Of a DNA stretch of 64,000 nt, positions 10,942 through 21,659 are shown piece after piece. The position numbers were made by a program, and so were the translations under genes. This DNA comes from Candidatus Marinacidobacterales bacterium (GTDB lineage Bacteria; Acidobacteriota; Vicinamibacteria; Marinacidobacterales; DATDRI01). The notes under the pieces were generated by a model. That model did not search any database. It was not told the origin of the DNA and saw only the letters and a list, made by a program, of their open reading frames with translations. How positions within the stretch are numbered: position 1 is the first letter of the stretch; each line of letters begins with the position of its first letter. The stretch is taken from the NCBI GenBank assembly GCA_965219415.1, contig CBDCNP010000002.1, positions 1,888,001 through 1,952,000 of the forward strand. The letters run 5' to 3'.

Positions 10942-12180
10942 TCAGCGAGTCCCCTCGTCGAGACGCATCGCCGTGTCTTCTACCGCACCTAGCACACGAA
11001 GCGCGTTCTCGCCGAGAACTTTGCGTAGCTCCGTTTCAGAGTAACCGCGACGTGCGAGCTCCACGGTAAGGTTGGGATAATCTCCTACATCCGCCATCCC
11101 TTCCGGAAAGCTCGGCGCGCCGTCGAAGTCCGATCCAAGACCGACGTGATCGATCCCGGCCACCTCGACGACATGATCGATGTGATCGGCGAGGAGCGCG
11201 AGAGGTGTCTCGGAGCGCCCCAGATTCCAAACCCAGTTCTTAGCGAACCTCCAACCGGTGCTCTTGTCGGGGTCTAGATACATCGTGAAGAAGTTGATCA
11301 TCACCACGCCTTCATTCTTCGCGACGGCGCGAAGCATGTCGTCGGAAAGGTTTCGTGGATGGTCGGCAATCGCCCGGACCGAAGAGTGCGATGCCATCAC
11401 CGGTGCCCTAGTGACCTCCATGACGTCCCAAAAAGTTTCGCCGGCAACATGCGAGATGTCGACGATCATCCCCAGACGATTCATTTCAGTGACGACTTCG
11501 CGCCCGAAATCGGACAACCCACCATGATGGGGGACATCGGCGTCATCGATATCCCCCGACGAGTCCGCCCAACCGTGGCTGAAGCTGTGAGTGAGCGTCA
11601 TGTAGCGGACACCCTTTTCGTGATAGAGCCGCAAGTTCGCGAGATCGTCCTCGATGGCATGGCCTCCTTCGAGCCCCATGAGAGCGGCGAGCTTGCCATC
11701 GGAAACGATTCTTCGAACATCTTCGGTCGACGCGGCCATCTCGGCGGCGTCCAGGTGACGGCCCACCTGCTCGCGAAGCGCATGGATAATATCCAGTGCC
11801 CGCTGCCGTGCCTTGCCGGGTTCGGCGGGATCGTAGAAATCGGGACTCACCCAGATCGAGAAGAAAGCAGCATCGAGTCCACCCCTGCGAACTCTCGTTA
11901 GGTCGGTGCTCGTGCGCACGCTGTCGCCTTCGGGCCGGCGAGGGAGCGAGGGGAAAGCGAAATAGAGCCAGGGGGCGCGATCGCTCTCTTCGTCGCCCTT
12001 CATCCCGAGACCGAAACCGAAGTCGAGCATCATTAGTGGCAGGTCGTTGTGACCGTCGACGACGATGGTTTCGGTGTGAATTTGGAGTGCACGCTCTGGA
12101 TTCACTTGCTGTCGTCCACCAGACGCTGCGGCGGCAAACAAGACAGCCAAGCCGAAGACGCTCGAACGGAGGCGCTTCAT
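10942..12180 (-). CDS. Membrane dipeptidase (peptidase M19)
   Basis: 'VDGHND', 'GLEGGH', 'DISH', 'ASHS', 'HIDH', 'GLGSDFDG'. Confidence 0.93.
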   Translation of the reverse strand: MKRLRSSVFGLAVLFAAAASGGRQQVNPERALQIHTETIVVDGHNDLPLMMLDFGFGLGMKGDEESDRAPWLYFAFPSLPRRPEGDSVRTSTDLTRVRRGGLDAAFFSIWVSPDFYDPAEPGKARQRALDIIHALREQVGRHLDAAEMAASTEDVRRIVSDGKLAALMGLEGGHAIEDDLANLRLYHEKGVRYMTLTHSFSHGWADSSGDIDDADVPHHGGLSDFGREVVTEMNRLGMIVDISHVAGETFWDVMEVTRAPVMASHSSVRAIADHPRNLSDDMLRAVAKNEGVVMINFFTMYLDPDKSTGWRFAKNWVWNLGRSETPLALLADHIDHVVEVAGIDHVGLGSDFDGAPSFPEGMADVGDYPNLTVELARRGYSETELRKVLGENALRVLGAVEDTAMRLDEGTR

Positions 12181-12246
12181 GGGCGGATTCTACACCCAAG
12201 AGTTGCGAACGTGCCCGCCCGAGGGCAGAATGTCCGAGGAGGGAAG

Positions 12247-13023
12247 ATGAAAGTACCGAGCAAACCGGCGGTTGATATCGACGGGCTTCGAGAAGCGATT
12301 CGAGAGGAATACGAAACGGTCGCGTGCGAGCCTCAAAAGGGTTTTCACTTCCATACCGGCCGCTCTCACACCCAGCGTGTCGGGTACAACGAGGACTGGC
12401 TGAAGGGCATTCCCGACGGATCGATCGCGTCTTTCGCGGGAACGGGAAATCCGTTTAGCCTGGGTGAGCTTCGACCGGGAGAGCGTGTGGCAGACGTCGG
12501 ATGCGGCGCCGGCATCGACAGCCTGATCGCCGCGGGAATGGTTGGACCCGAAGGCCGAGTGATCGGCATCGACATTACGGAAGGCATGGTGAAAAAGGCG
12601 CGGGCCTCCGCCGGCGAAGCCGGAGTCAGGAACGCGGAATTCCGGCACGGCTTCGGAGAGAAACTACCCGTCGAGGATGGTCGGGCCGACGTCGTCATCT
12701 CGAACGGGGTACTCAACCTGATGCCCGACAAGCTGACGGCTCTTTCTGAAATGTCGCGTGTTCTCAAGCCAGAAGGTCGACTGCAGATCGCCGACATCGT
12801 GGTCCAGAGGGCGGTTCCAGAAGACGCCAAGGAAAGCATCGATCTCTGGACGGGGTGAATCGCCGGCGCTCTGCTGGAAGCAGAGCTCGAGGCCACCGTC
12901 GCGGCGGCCGGATTCAAGGACTTCGAGGTCACATGGCGGGCCCCCATCTATGAGGACGCACCGCAGAGGTCGAGCGCTAAGAACTTCGGTACCCTGGGCG
13001 TCAACTTTCGCGCCAGAAGATAG
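12247..13023 (+). CDS. ArsM-like SAM methyltransferase, probable selenoprotein (TGA 12856-12858)
   Basis: 'SFAGTGNP', 'DVGCGAGID', 'ISNGVLNL'. WTG-TGA-IAGAL stays open in frame to TAG at 13021. SECIS-like hairpin follows the TGA. Confidence 0.85.
12868..12886 (+). promoter_or_regulatory. Bacterial SECIS-like hairpin
   Basis: GCTCTGCT-GGA-AGCAGAGC. The loop starts 17 nt after the UGA. Confidence 0.7.
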
Positions 13024-13047
13024 CGTGCCGCCTGCAGATCGCGGAGT

Positions 13048-14778
13048 ATGAAGTATCTGGACGGCGCCACCGTCGAGGTCATCCGCAGCTATCTCTTCTC
13101 CGCCGCCAAAGAGATGCGGCGTACTCTCATACGCACCGCTTTCAACCCCGTCATATACGAAATCCTCGATTTCGGTATTTCCATTTACGATAGCCAGCTC
13201 GAGCCCATCGCCGAGGCTCCCAGCATGCTAACGTTTCTGGGCAGCAACGACTACGCGATCCGCAAAGGTGTTGAGTACATCGGTGAGGAGAACCTCGATG
13301 CGGGCGACATCGTCATCCTCAACTACCCGTACTGGAACTCGGCTCACGCTTCGGACGTCACACTCTTCGCGCCGGTGTTCGCCCCCGCCGCAAATCGGCC
13401 CTTCGCCTACACTTGCATCCGCGCGCATTGGATGGACCTCGGCGCGAAGGATGCCGGCTACGTCCTCGATTCCACCGACATGCATCAAGAAGGGCTCATC
13501 TTTCCGGGAACTAAGGTCTACAAAAAAGGTAAGCCCGATCCGCAAATCATCGATCTCATCCGTTTCAACTCGCGCATGCCGGACCTGGTGTTGGGAGACC
13601 TCCACGCTCAGGTCGCGTCCACACGCACCGGCGAGCGAAGACTAGTCGAGATCCTGGAGAAATTCGGCCGAGAAACTCTCGACACCGCGGTAACCCAAAT
13701 ACTGGATCACGGAGAACAACTCTCTCTCAACGCTCTAAAGGAGCTTCCGCGAGGCACCTGGAGTGCAGAGGGCTTCCTCGACGATGACGGCGTGACGGAC
13801 GAGATGATACCTATACGGGTCACCGTCACCATCGACGACGGGCGCTTCAAGGTGGATTTCACGGAGTCGGCAGGGGCGGTTGCGGGGCCGGTGAACGTTC
13901 CCTTTGGAGCGACCGTCACGCTGTGCAGGGCGCTCTTCAAAGCGCTGACTACTCCTCACTCACCGGCCAACGCCGGGAACTTCCGCCCTCTCGAGGTCGT
14001 CGCTCCCCCCGGAAATCTTTTCCATGCCGTCTACCCCGCGGCGACGTTCACGCTGTGGACGGTAACCGTCGCCATGGAACTAGTCGCAAAGGCGCTTGCT
14101 CAAGGGATGCCCGACCGCGTTCCCGCTTCCTCCGGAGGCGACGTCGTCGGTTTCATGATGGTGGGGATTCACCCGGAAACGAAGCAGTTCTTCGCGGTCA
14201 GCAACAACGATCCGATGGGCTGGGGTGCGACGATCGACCATGACGGCTCGAACGGCCTCAGCCACCCGCTCCAAAGCGTAGTGCGCAATACGCCGGTGGA
14301 GGTTCTGGAGACCAAGACCGGGATGTTCGTCGAACGTTTCGAGCTGAGGGAGGACAGCGGTGGGGCCGGCAAGTTCCGGGGCGGGCTCGGCATCGGGCTG
14401 GACGTCCGTTTCATCTCCGACGGCGAGTTTCTATCGGTGACAAAAAAGTCTAAGACCCGCCCCTGGGCGCTTGCGGGAGGCGCCGAGCCCGAGCCCAACG
14501 GAATGATCTTGTTTCCCGGAACGTCGCGAGAAAAGCGAGTCGGAACCTACCGTCTCCGGGTCTCTAAGGGAGACCGGATCCGCAGCATCACCGCCGGTGG
14601 CGGAGGATTCGGCAAACCCACCGAACGAGACCCGCGTCGAGTCTTGGATGATGTCCGAGACGGCTATATTTCCCCGCAAACGGCTCTCAAGGTATATAAG
14701 GTCGCGATCAACGAGCGTGGGCTCGACCCCTGCCCCACGGAGAAATTGCGACCCGACAAAGACGGGCCGGCGGAATAG
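13048..14778 (+). CDS. Hydantoinase B / oxoprolinase subunit
   Basis: 'RTAFNPVIYEILDF', 'RAHWMDLG', 'NTPVEVLE', 'DSGGAGKFRGGLG', 'GGGGFG'. Confidence 0.92.
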   Translation: MKYLDGATVEVIRSYLFSAAKEMRRTLIRTAFNPVIYEILDFGISIYDSQLEPIAEAPSMLTFLGSNDYAIRKGVEYIGEENLDAGDIVILNYPYWNSAHASDVTLFAPVFAPAANRPFAYTCIRAHWMDLGAKDAGYVLDSTDMHQEGLIFPGTKVYKKGKPDPQIIDLIRFNSRMPDLVLGDLHAQVASTRTGERRLVEILEKFGRETLDTAVTQILDHGEQLSLNALKELPRGTWSAEGFLDDDGVTDEMIPIRVTVTIDDGRFKVDFTESAGAVAGPVNVPFGATVTLCRALFKALTTPHSPANAGNFRPLEVVAPPGNLFHAVYPAATFTLWTVTVAMELVAKALAQGMPDRVPASSGGDVVGFMMVGIHPETKQFFAVSNNDPMGWGATIDHDGSNGLSHPLQSVVRNTPVEVLETKTGMFVERFELREDSGGAGKFRGGLGIGLDVRFISDGEFLSVTKKSKTRPWALAGGAEPEPNGMILFPGTSREKRVGTYRLRVSKGDRIRSITAGGGGFGKPTERDPRRVLDDVRDGYISPQTALKVYKVAINERGLDPCPTEKLRPDKDGPAE

Positions 14779-15081
14779 GCCTGATTCCGCCAACCACCTG
14801 CACCACAGAGGGATACACTTCCCGGCGGCGCGTTTGTCGAAACCGATCGTAGGGCAACACCCAGTCGACTTTACTTACTTGTTACGGGAGTTTCCCCACA
14901 GGCTCGTTGCCGTTTACCCCCTCTTTTTTGAAATGTCGACCATGCCGTTTTCCTCTAACCCCCGAGAGAAAAATCAGTTCTGGGGGCCGGGGGAGCGCGT
15001 AGGGGGCGGGCATAGTTCTTGCTCTAAGTACCGGTTGAGGCGTCGTATCCCCAGCCTCGAGCCTCCAGAAAACAGGGAACT

Positions 15082-17089
15082 ATGAGCGATTCTGGAGCAA
15101 CTGACCCGAAGACAGGTCGCCACGCGGTTGTGGCGGCAGTCGGAAGCCGCTATCACATTCAGGCCAAGGTAGGCACCGGTGCCTTCGCCGACGTCTACGA
15201 GGCTCACGACGCGGTCTTGGACCGCACCGTCGCCATCAAACAGTTTCGTCTCGACAGCTTCGCCTACCCCAGCAAGATAGAAGACCTCAAGAAACGCATC
15301 TTGAGAGAGGCACAGGTGGCGGCGCAGCTGCACCACTCCAATATCGTGACCACCCACGACATCATCTTGACCGACGAGCGGTGCGTCATCGTCATGGAGT
15401 TCGTCGATGGAGTGACTCTGGAAGCGATTGTCGAGAAACACAGCCGGCTCGGCCTTCCCGACACGATCAATATCCTGTCGCAAGTGGCGGAAGCTTTAGA
15501 TCACGCCCACGCGCACAAGGTTGTTCACCGTGACGTGAAGCCTGCCAACGTGATGGTCTCCCGGTCGGGCGAAGTAAAGGTAACGGATTTCGGAATAGCC
15601 AAGACCGAGACTTCCACGAACCTCACCGCTAGCGGAAGCATCCTTGGAACGCCCGATTACATGTCGCCCGAGCAAGCTCGGGCCGAGCATGTGGACGGTC
15701 GATCGGATCTGTTCTCCCTCGGCTGCATCCTTTACGAATGCTTGTCGGGCAGGAAACCGTTTCGGGGAGACGGGTTGACCGGGGTGCTCCTCCAGATTGT
15801 CAACGAAGAGCCCGAACCTCTCGACTGCGAGACACTGGGATTGCCGGTCGCAGTTCAGGCCGTCTTGAAAAACGCTCTGGCAAAGGATCCCCTCAAGCGA
15901 TTCGCTTCTGGACGCGAGTTCGCGTTGGCTCTGCAATCGATCCCTGCCATCGACCCCGACGAGCCGAGCAAGATCTTTCTCGATGGGGAGAGCGCCGAAG
16001 AGTCCAAGAGCAAGCTCTCGACCAAGGAAACGACACCGATCCTCGACGACTCGGTGGCAGACAGCCTGATGAAAGAAGCTCGACGGACCACGCGGATCGA
16101 GCCACACCTTCGGGTACTTCTAGAAGAAGACCGCCGGCTACGTCTCGTTTCGTCTCCTTTGCTCCACTTCCACAACGTGAGCCTGACTCCGGAAGAGGCG
16201 TTCATCCTTTCGCGAATCGACCGAACTGTGGCACCGCGTGACGTCTTTAAGGTGAGCGCGCTTTCAGAAAAAGACACCGCACGCACCCTGCTAGGCTTGC
16301 TGCGTGCCGGAATCATCGAGCTCGGTGGGGCCACCTACCGCCAAGAGAGCAGCCCAGGAAGCCAAACCGGACGCCGCCTCGGACCATGTAGCCGAACCGC
16401 TCCGCCGAGAAATCGCGCAGCTCTTCGAGCTCTTTCAGCAACAGGACGACTGGCAAGTGCTCGGGGTAGGCCAGGAAGCGACGCCCGTCGAAATCAAGAA
16501 GGCGTTTCAAAAGAAAACCTTTCAATTTCACCCGGACCGCTATTCCGGGATCGACGACCCGGGGTTTCACAAAAAGCTATCTTTCCTCTTCACTCAGGTC
16601 AGCGAGGCCTTTGCAACGCTTTCAAACCGAATTCACGCAAACGAGGAAAGCGCCCCCGCTACGAAGACAGCGTCCACCACGAGCAAGATCGAAAATCGCG
16701 CTCGTGCGAGCTCTATCTTCGAGAGCGCCAACGATGCGTTCGAGGCAGAGGATTACTGGCAGGCGATCTTGCTCTGCCGAGAAGCTATCGATCTCGCTAG
16801 CGATCAAGCCGAGTATCACCATGTACTCGGTCTGTCTCTCGCCCAGAATCGCAAATGGCGACTAGAGGCGGAGCAGAACCTCAAGATGGCGACGATCCTC
16901 GACCCGGGCAATCCCGAGTACCTCAGCTCTCTCGGTACTCTCTACGAGCGCGAAAGTCTACGATTGCGAGCGCGGGCGATGTTCGAGAACGCGACCGCGG
17001 TGAGCGGATCATGCTCCATGACGGACGAAGCACTGGCATCTTTCTTGTTCCAAGACCGACCGGCATCGGTCTCGGAAAATCGACTTTGA
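15082..17089 (+). CDS. Ser/Thr protein kinase fused to a DnaJ (J) domain and TPR repeats, with one frameshift near 16330
   Basis: GTGAFADV, VAIK, HRDVKPAN, DFG, GTPDYMSPE. In the second frame 'WQVLGV...IKKAF...FHPDR' and TPR-like helices. Confidence 0.85.
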
Positions 17090-17346
17090 GTTAGAACGAT
17101 AAACGAAGCCGGGCCCTAACCCTGGCGGAGTTGAAAGAGGGGAGGGAGCACGGAAAGCTCGACTCCTACGTGGTCGATACCATCGCCAAGCGTATTTCGG
17201 CTCTCTGGTAAGCCCGCGGCCCCATTGCCGCAGCTCTTATCTCTCTCAGTACTTGCGAGCATCCCTCCGCTCAAGTATCCTTGTCGGCGCTCCCGGGACG
17301 GACTTCGGTTCGAATTCCTCCCGAGCGTGTCGTTTCCAGCACTTGG

Positions 17347-17423
17347 GCGCCTGTAGCTCAGCTGGATAGAGCGTCTGCCTCCGGAGCAGAAGGCCAGAGG
17401 TTCGAATCCTCTCAGGCGTACCA
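17347..17423 (+). tRNA. tRNA-Arg (anticodon CCG)
   Basis: GCGCCTGTAGCTCAGCTGGATAGAGCG TCTGC-CT-CCG-GA-GCAGA ...GGTTCGAATCC...CCA. Confidence 0.97.
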
Positions 17424-17467
17424 ACTATGATGGACCGCCGACAAAAGTTACGCTGGTGCTCCGACTC

Positions 17468-17596
17468 GTCCTCTCCCTCAGGGAGAGGAATGAGGTGAGG
17501 GTGGTCCAAAAGATGGACCGACGAGGGAAACGAACAGTAGTTCCTCGTCGCTCAAACTACCCCTCTCCCCCTTGGGGAGAGGGATTGGGTGGGGGG
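17468..17596. repeat. Two REP-like palindromes (CCTCTCCC..GGGAGAGG..GGTG(A/G)GGG)
   Basis: cctctccctcagggagagg..ggtgaggg and ccctctcccccttggggagaggg..gggtggggg, between the tRNA genes. Confidence 0.7.
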
Positions 17597-17623
17597 TATG
17601 CCAACCCCATCCTCAAAGAGTGT

Positions 17624-17699
<76 letters not shown>

Positions 17700-17759
17700 A
17701 ACGAATCAAGAACGTCCGAGAAACCCGGCGCCTCGGCACCGATTTGGTTCCACCTTCCC

Positions 17760-17915
17760 CCTGAACCTGTTTCCAGCAAATGGGCAAAGCTCCGCCCATC
17801 CTTCGGAATCCAGCGGGCATAAAACCGCAGCGTCGAGTCCGGCGACCTGTGGCCACGTTGGTGCGAGAAATAGGTTACTGGAGCCAGTCTCGCGAGGAGC
17901 AAGGACACAGGCGAA
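17760..17915 (-). pseudogene. Tyrosine integrase C-terminal remnant
   Basis: 'SLLLARLAPVTYFSHQRGHRSPDSTLRFYARWIP' matches the box II LGH...T..Y pattern. It lies next to the tRNA-Lys 3' end. Confidence 0.75.
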
Positions 17916-17993
17916 GCTAATTGACAACGCTATAGGCGTCTTTTGGTATTGCACTCCCAACTGGTCCGTCGGGGCTAGTTCCTACCCAACCGA

Positions 17994-18844
17994 TTGACCC
18001 TCATCCCGAGCATCGGGAACAGCTTCGGGGTCGATAGCGTCCACTTGGTCGCGCACAGCAAGGGCGGGCTCGACGCGCGCGAATACCTGGCGACCTACCA
18101 GCCGGTCCGTGCGAACGACCTTACGATTCTCTCGTTCAACACCCTCAGCACTCCCCACAACGGCGCCGCCGGTGCCGACCTACTGGTTCTCCGGGATCGA
18201 GCCTTGGAGCAGACGGCCGAGCTCGATTTTGATGGGTTTCCTACATTCACCGAACAGGTTCTCAACGAGTTGCCCGCGCGGCGGACGCCGGCCAGCGGGA
18301 TCTGCCAACCTGGTTAACGGCCGTGTTCAACGCCAGGACCTTGCCGTCGCTGCTTTCCAGCCAGACCATCATCAACACGGTCGCCGACGACGCAGATCGC
18401 AACGACAACAACAGGATCGACAGCTTCCCAGACGAATACCTGGAGCTGAGGGAAGAAAGCACAGACCTAGCAAACCTCTTTGCGCAGAGTCCGTCAAACG
18501 CCGCGCTAGCGGTCACTGTCTTCTATCAAGTTGCGCAACGGGTGGCGAGCGTCGCCATCGATTTTGACGAGCGAAGGAAGTTCGGCGTCGGGAAGAGGCG
18601 GACGGTCGCGGTGCTCACCGCCAACCCCAATCCGCAGGAGCTGGGGAACGATACGCTCGTCACTATTCCCAGTGCTCAAGGACTGGGTTCTATCAGGCCT
18701 CACACGACGAGAAGGGTCATTTTCATAGGCAATCGGGGGCAGCAACAAGCCCGTAACCACGCGAGCGTAGCAGACGCGGGGGTGGCGTCAGTAGTGGCCC
18801 GGTGGATCATCCAGGCTGAGGAAATGCGGGGCGATCTGAAGTAG
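17994..18844 (+). pseudogene. Lipase-like alpha/beta hydrolase, 5'-truncated and frameshifted
   Basis: 'VHLVAHSKGGLD', 'LSTPHNG', 'NDTLV', 'NHASV'. Confidence 0.7.
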
Positions 18845-18869
18845 ACAAGAAAAGCGAGAGCGCACTCTA

Positions 18870-19818
18870 TGACCTCTAGAGGATCGAGATCAAAACTGTT
18901 GAGATTGTTCCAGGCGGCCGGGCTTGTAGCCGCGCTCGCCATTACCTTCGTATGGCTCAGCAAAGTAGGAAAAACGGCAAACAATCCCAGGAGATAGTCG
19001 GTGATGTGCCGCTCTTCGAGGCACCGGCATGGCGGACCCAGGGGGAGTTGCTGCTTCGTAGCTCGGGAGAGGACGAAGAAGACCTCCTCCTCATGCATCG
19101 GAAAGTCAAGGAGGTCTACCGCTACGATCCGAACACAGGGCGCTTGCGGGCGATGGTGCCCTATGAGGACTGGGAGCGGGCGACGGGGCCGATTGACGTT
19201 TACGAATCAGAACTCCCACCATCACCGCTCCGTCTGCGCGAGCTACTTGAGAGTTTGAAGTCTTTACCCGAAGCAGGATGGATGGTTCGGAGTGAAGGGC
19301 ATGACAAAGATACCCTCCTCCTCACGCACCTGAGACGCGAGATAGTCTACCGATACGACCAGGCGCCATTCAGGAGCTTTCCCTCGTACCCAACGAGCGT
19401 TGGGAGGCCGCCAGCGGGGCTGTTGTAGTCGACTGCGGTTTGCAGCCCCGTTCTGGCGCCCTGCACATCGACCCGCGGTCGAATCGCCTGCTTGCGAGAG
19501 AGCGGCCGGTGGACGTTGCGGGCAAGGTGGCGCTTGCTGGGAGCCTGTCACCGAGCGGCAGATGGGTAGCGGTACTTTCCGCCGCCGGGCCCGTGGTGAA
19601 ATCATCTGATGCCTTTCGGCGGGGGTGGCGCTTCGGGCCAGCACTACCACGAGGTACTCAGGGCTGACGACTTTTCGAGTACGGGACCGCCGGTGCGCCT
19701 ACCCTTCGAGACTGAGCGTGGATACTTTAGGGCCTGCTGGAGCGCCGAAGAAGACTACGTGGTCTACACCAATGTGTTTTTCTCCGACGTAGTCATCGTC
19801 CGATTTCAGAAGGATTGA
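18870..19818 (+). pseudogene. Hypothetical membrane/secreted protein with an internal repeat, frameshifted
   Basis: Duplicated '..LLL.H....VYRYD' motif. 'LSPSGRWVAVLSA' in another frame. Confidence 0.45.
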
Positions 19819-19828
19819 GAGAAGGAAT

Positions 19829-20990
19829 ATGAAGACCGTGAGAGTCCGGACACTCGCGAAAAAGAACAATCCGTGGCTCACGGCCTCAATGCTTCTGACG
19901 CTGTCCGGTCTCCTGTGGGGACAGCCGGTCTCGCCAATGCTCGGTCTACTCGATGCGCGGTTCGAGCTCGATCGGCTGGCCCCCGGACAGACTGTTGGCG
20001 AGGCGGTCTTTGTCGTCGACGATGCCAGTGTCCTTGAGTTCAACATCACCAGCACGATCGCGGCACTCACCACCAGCATCGAGGGACCCAGCGGCGAGAT
20101 CATCGACGAGACGACGGTCGGGAGCTTTGGCGGTGAGTTTGCTGCGTTCGAGGGCGCTTCCGGAAGCGACAGTGGACTCATAATTCCTCTGAGCGCGCCG
20201 GGGTTCCACTTCCTCTACCGTTTCGCCAGCGTCGGACCAGGCACCTACACGGTCCGCTTCAGCGTTCCTGTGGGACTGACGCAAGAGGAGGCGGTGTTCA
20301 CGCAGCTTACTACCAACAGTCCACTCGTTGTGGGGCTCGTCGCGCCCGATTCCGAGGTGGTGCTCACCAATCTCGCCGTGCTGACCGCTGCAGTCTTTGA
20401 GGGAAGCGAGCCCGTGGGCGGCGCGAGCGCTGAGGTGTCCGTGCGAGATCCAGATGGCACCTACACAACCTTCAGCCTGGTGGACGACGGGGTCGAGGCC
20501 GACAACGCAGCCGGGGACGGTCTCTATAGCGGTGAGTTCGAGCCCTCGCTGCCCGGCCGCTACGCTGCCGTCGCGGACATCACGGGGACGACGTCCAGCG
20601 GACTTTCTTTCTCGCGGCAGGCGGCGGAGTTCACGGTGGTGCCGGTCAGGAGCCTGTTGACGGGCGGCTTCAGCGACATGGGGGTGGATGATGACGGCAA
20701 TGGTCTTTTCGATCGCATCTCGATCGAGGTGGACGCCGACACCGTAGAGGCGGGCGACTACCGTCTCTTCCTAACGCTGGATACCGTCGGCGGGAAGTCG
20801 CTGCTGCGCAGCACCAGCGCCAGCCTGGCGGTGGGGCCCAGCGTTCTCACCGTCGACTTCGGGACCGACGCGATCCAGCAGCTGAGAGAGGACGGTCCCT
20901 ACGAGCTGGCGTTGATGGAGCTGCTTTTCCTGCGACCGGCGGGCGCCCGCTCAGCGGACCGACTCCGGAATGTGGGCCAGGCTATGGAAT
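19829..20990 (+). pseudogene. Large extracellular protein (choice-of-anchor X-like domain), 3'-truncated
   Basis: Signal peptide, 'LVDDGVEADNAAGDGLYSG', 'DMGVDDDGNGLFD'. Ends at a junction with the EamA remnant. Confidence 0.65.
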
Positions 20991-21539
20991 CCGGCTGAGT
21001 GAGAGTGTGTCGATATGTTTCAACAAGGGGCGGCTCAGCACGGAGCCCCAGCAATAGGCGAGCGTCCCAGCGACGAGGGCGGCCATGCCGGCGAGTGTCG
21101 GTGCTTCCTCCTGAACCGAAAGCTTGGGCAGAAACAGAATCGCGAGCCCCAAGACCCCCACCCCGATGGAAACCAATTTTCGCATTGAGAAGGACTCTTC
21201 GTGGGAGGCGAGCCCGATCGCAAAGAGTCCAACTGGAATGAGCGCCAGGTTGACCACTGCGGAGACCCCGCTGGAAACGTGTTGCATCCCCCAGAATAGG
21301 AATCCGTAGCAGGCGGTGTTCACGAGTAGCGCCGCGATGGCGATGCGCGGCCAGTAGTGGGAAGGCCAAGAGCTGCCGCCGTATAGTCTGCCGAGAAATA
21401 TCAGAAGACTTCCCGCCACGAGAAATCTGGACGACGCAAAAAGAAAAGGCGGCAGCGCCGTAACGCCGGTCTTGATGGCAATCCAGGTCAGTCCCCAGAT
21501 GAGGCACATGAGCGCAAAGAGGAGGTGTTTCCGTGTCAT
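20982..21539 (-). pseudogene. EamA/DMT transporter, 3'-truncated
   Basis: 'LIWGLTWIAIK...PPFLFASSRF..AG', 'VSSGVSAVV'. About 185 aa, stops inside the second EamA repeat. Confidence 0.85.
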
Positions 21540-21567
21540 GGGCAAGGCATCTCCAGGGCCATTTGAA

Positions 21568-21635
21568 TTCTAACCACTCTAGAGGTTAGAACAATACATC
21601 TTGACGGGCGGTGAGTCAACCTGTACGGTGGTTAG
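21568..21635. promoter_or_regulatory. Two AACC-N8-GGTT operator-like sites in the divergent EamA/CGNR promoter
   Basis: TTCTAACC-actctaga-GGTTAGAA (21568-21591) and tcAACC-tgtacggt-GGTTag (21616-21635), flanking a TTGACG -35-like hexamer. Confidence 0.65.
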
Positions 21636-21659
21636 AAATAGAGGGGCGTAGGAAAAGGC

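Noticed and set aside
16330-16800. Arg-rich C-terminus of the 572-aa kinase ORF
   Set aside because: Out-of-frame run-on after the frameshift. The J-domain/TPR frame is the meaningful one.
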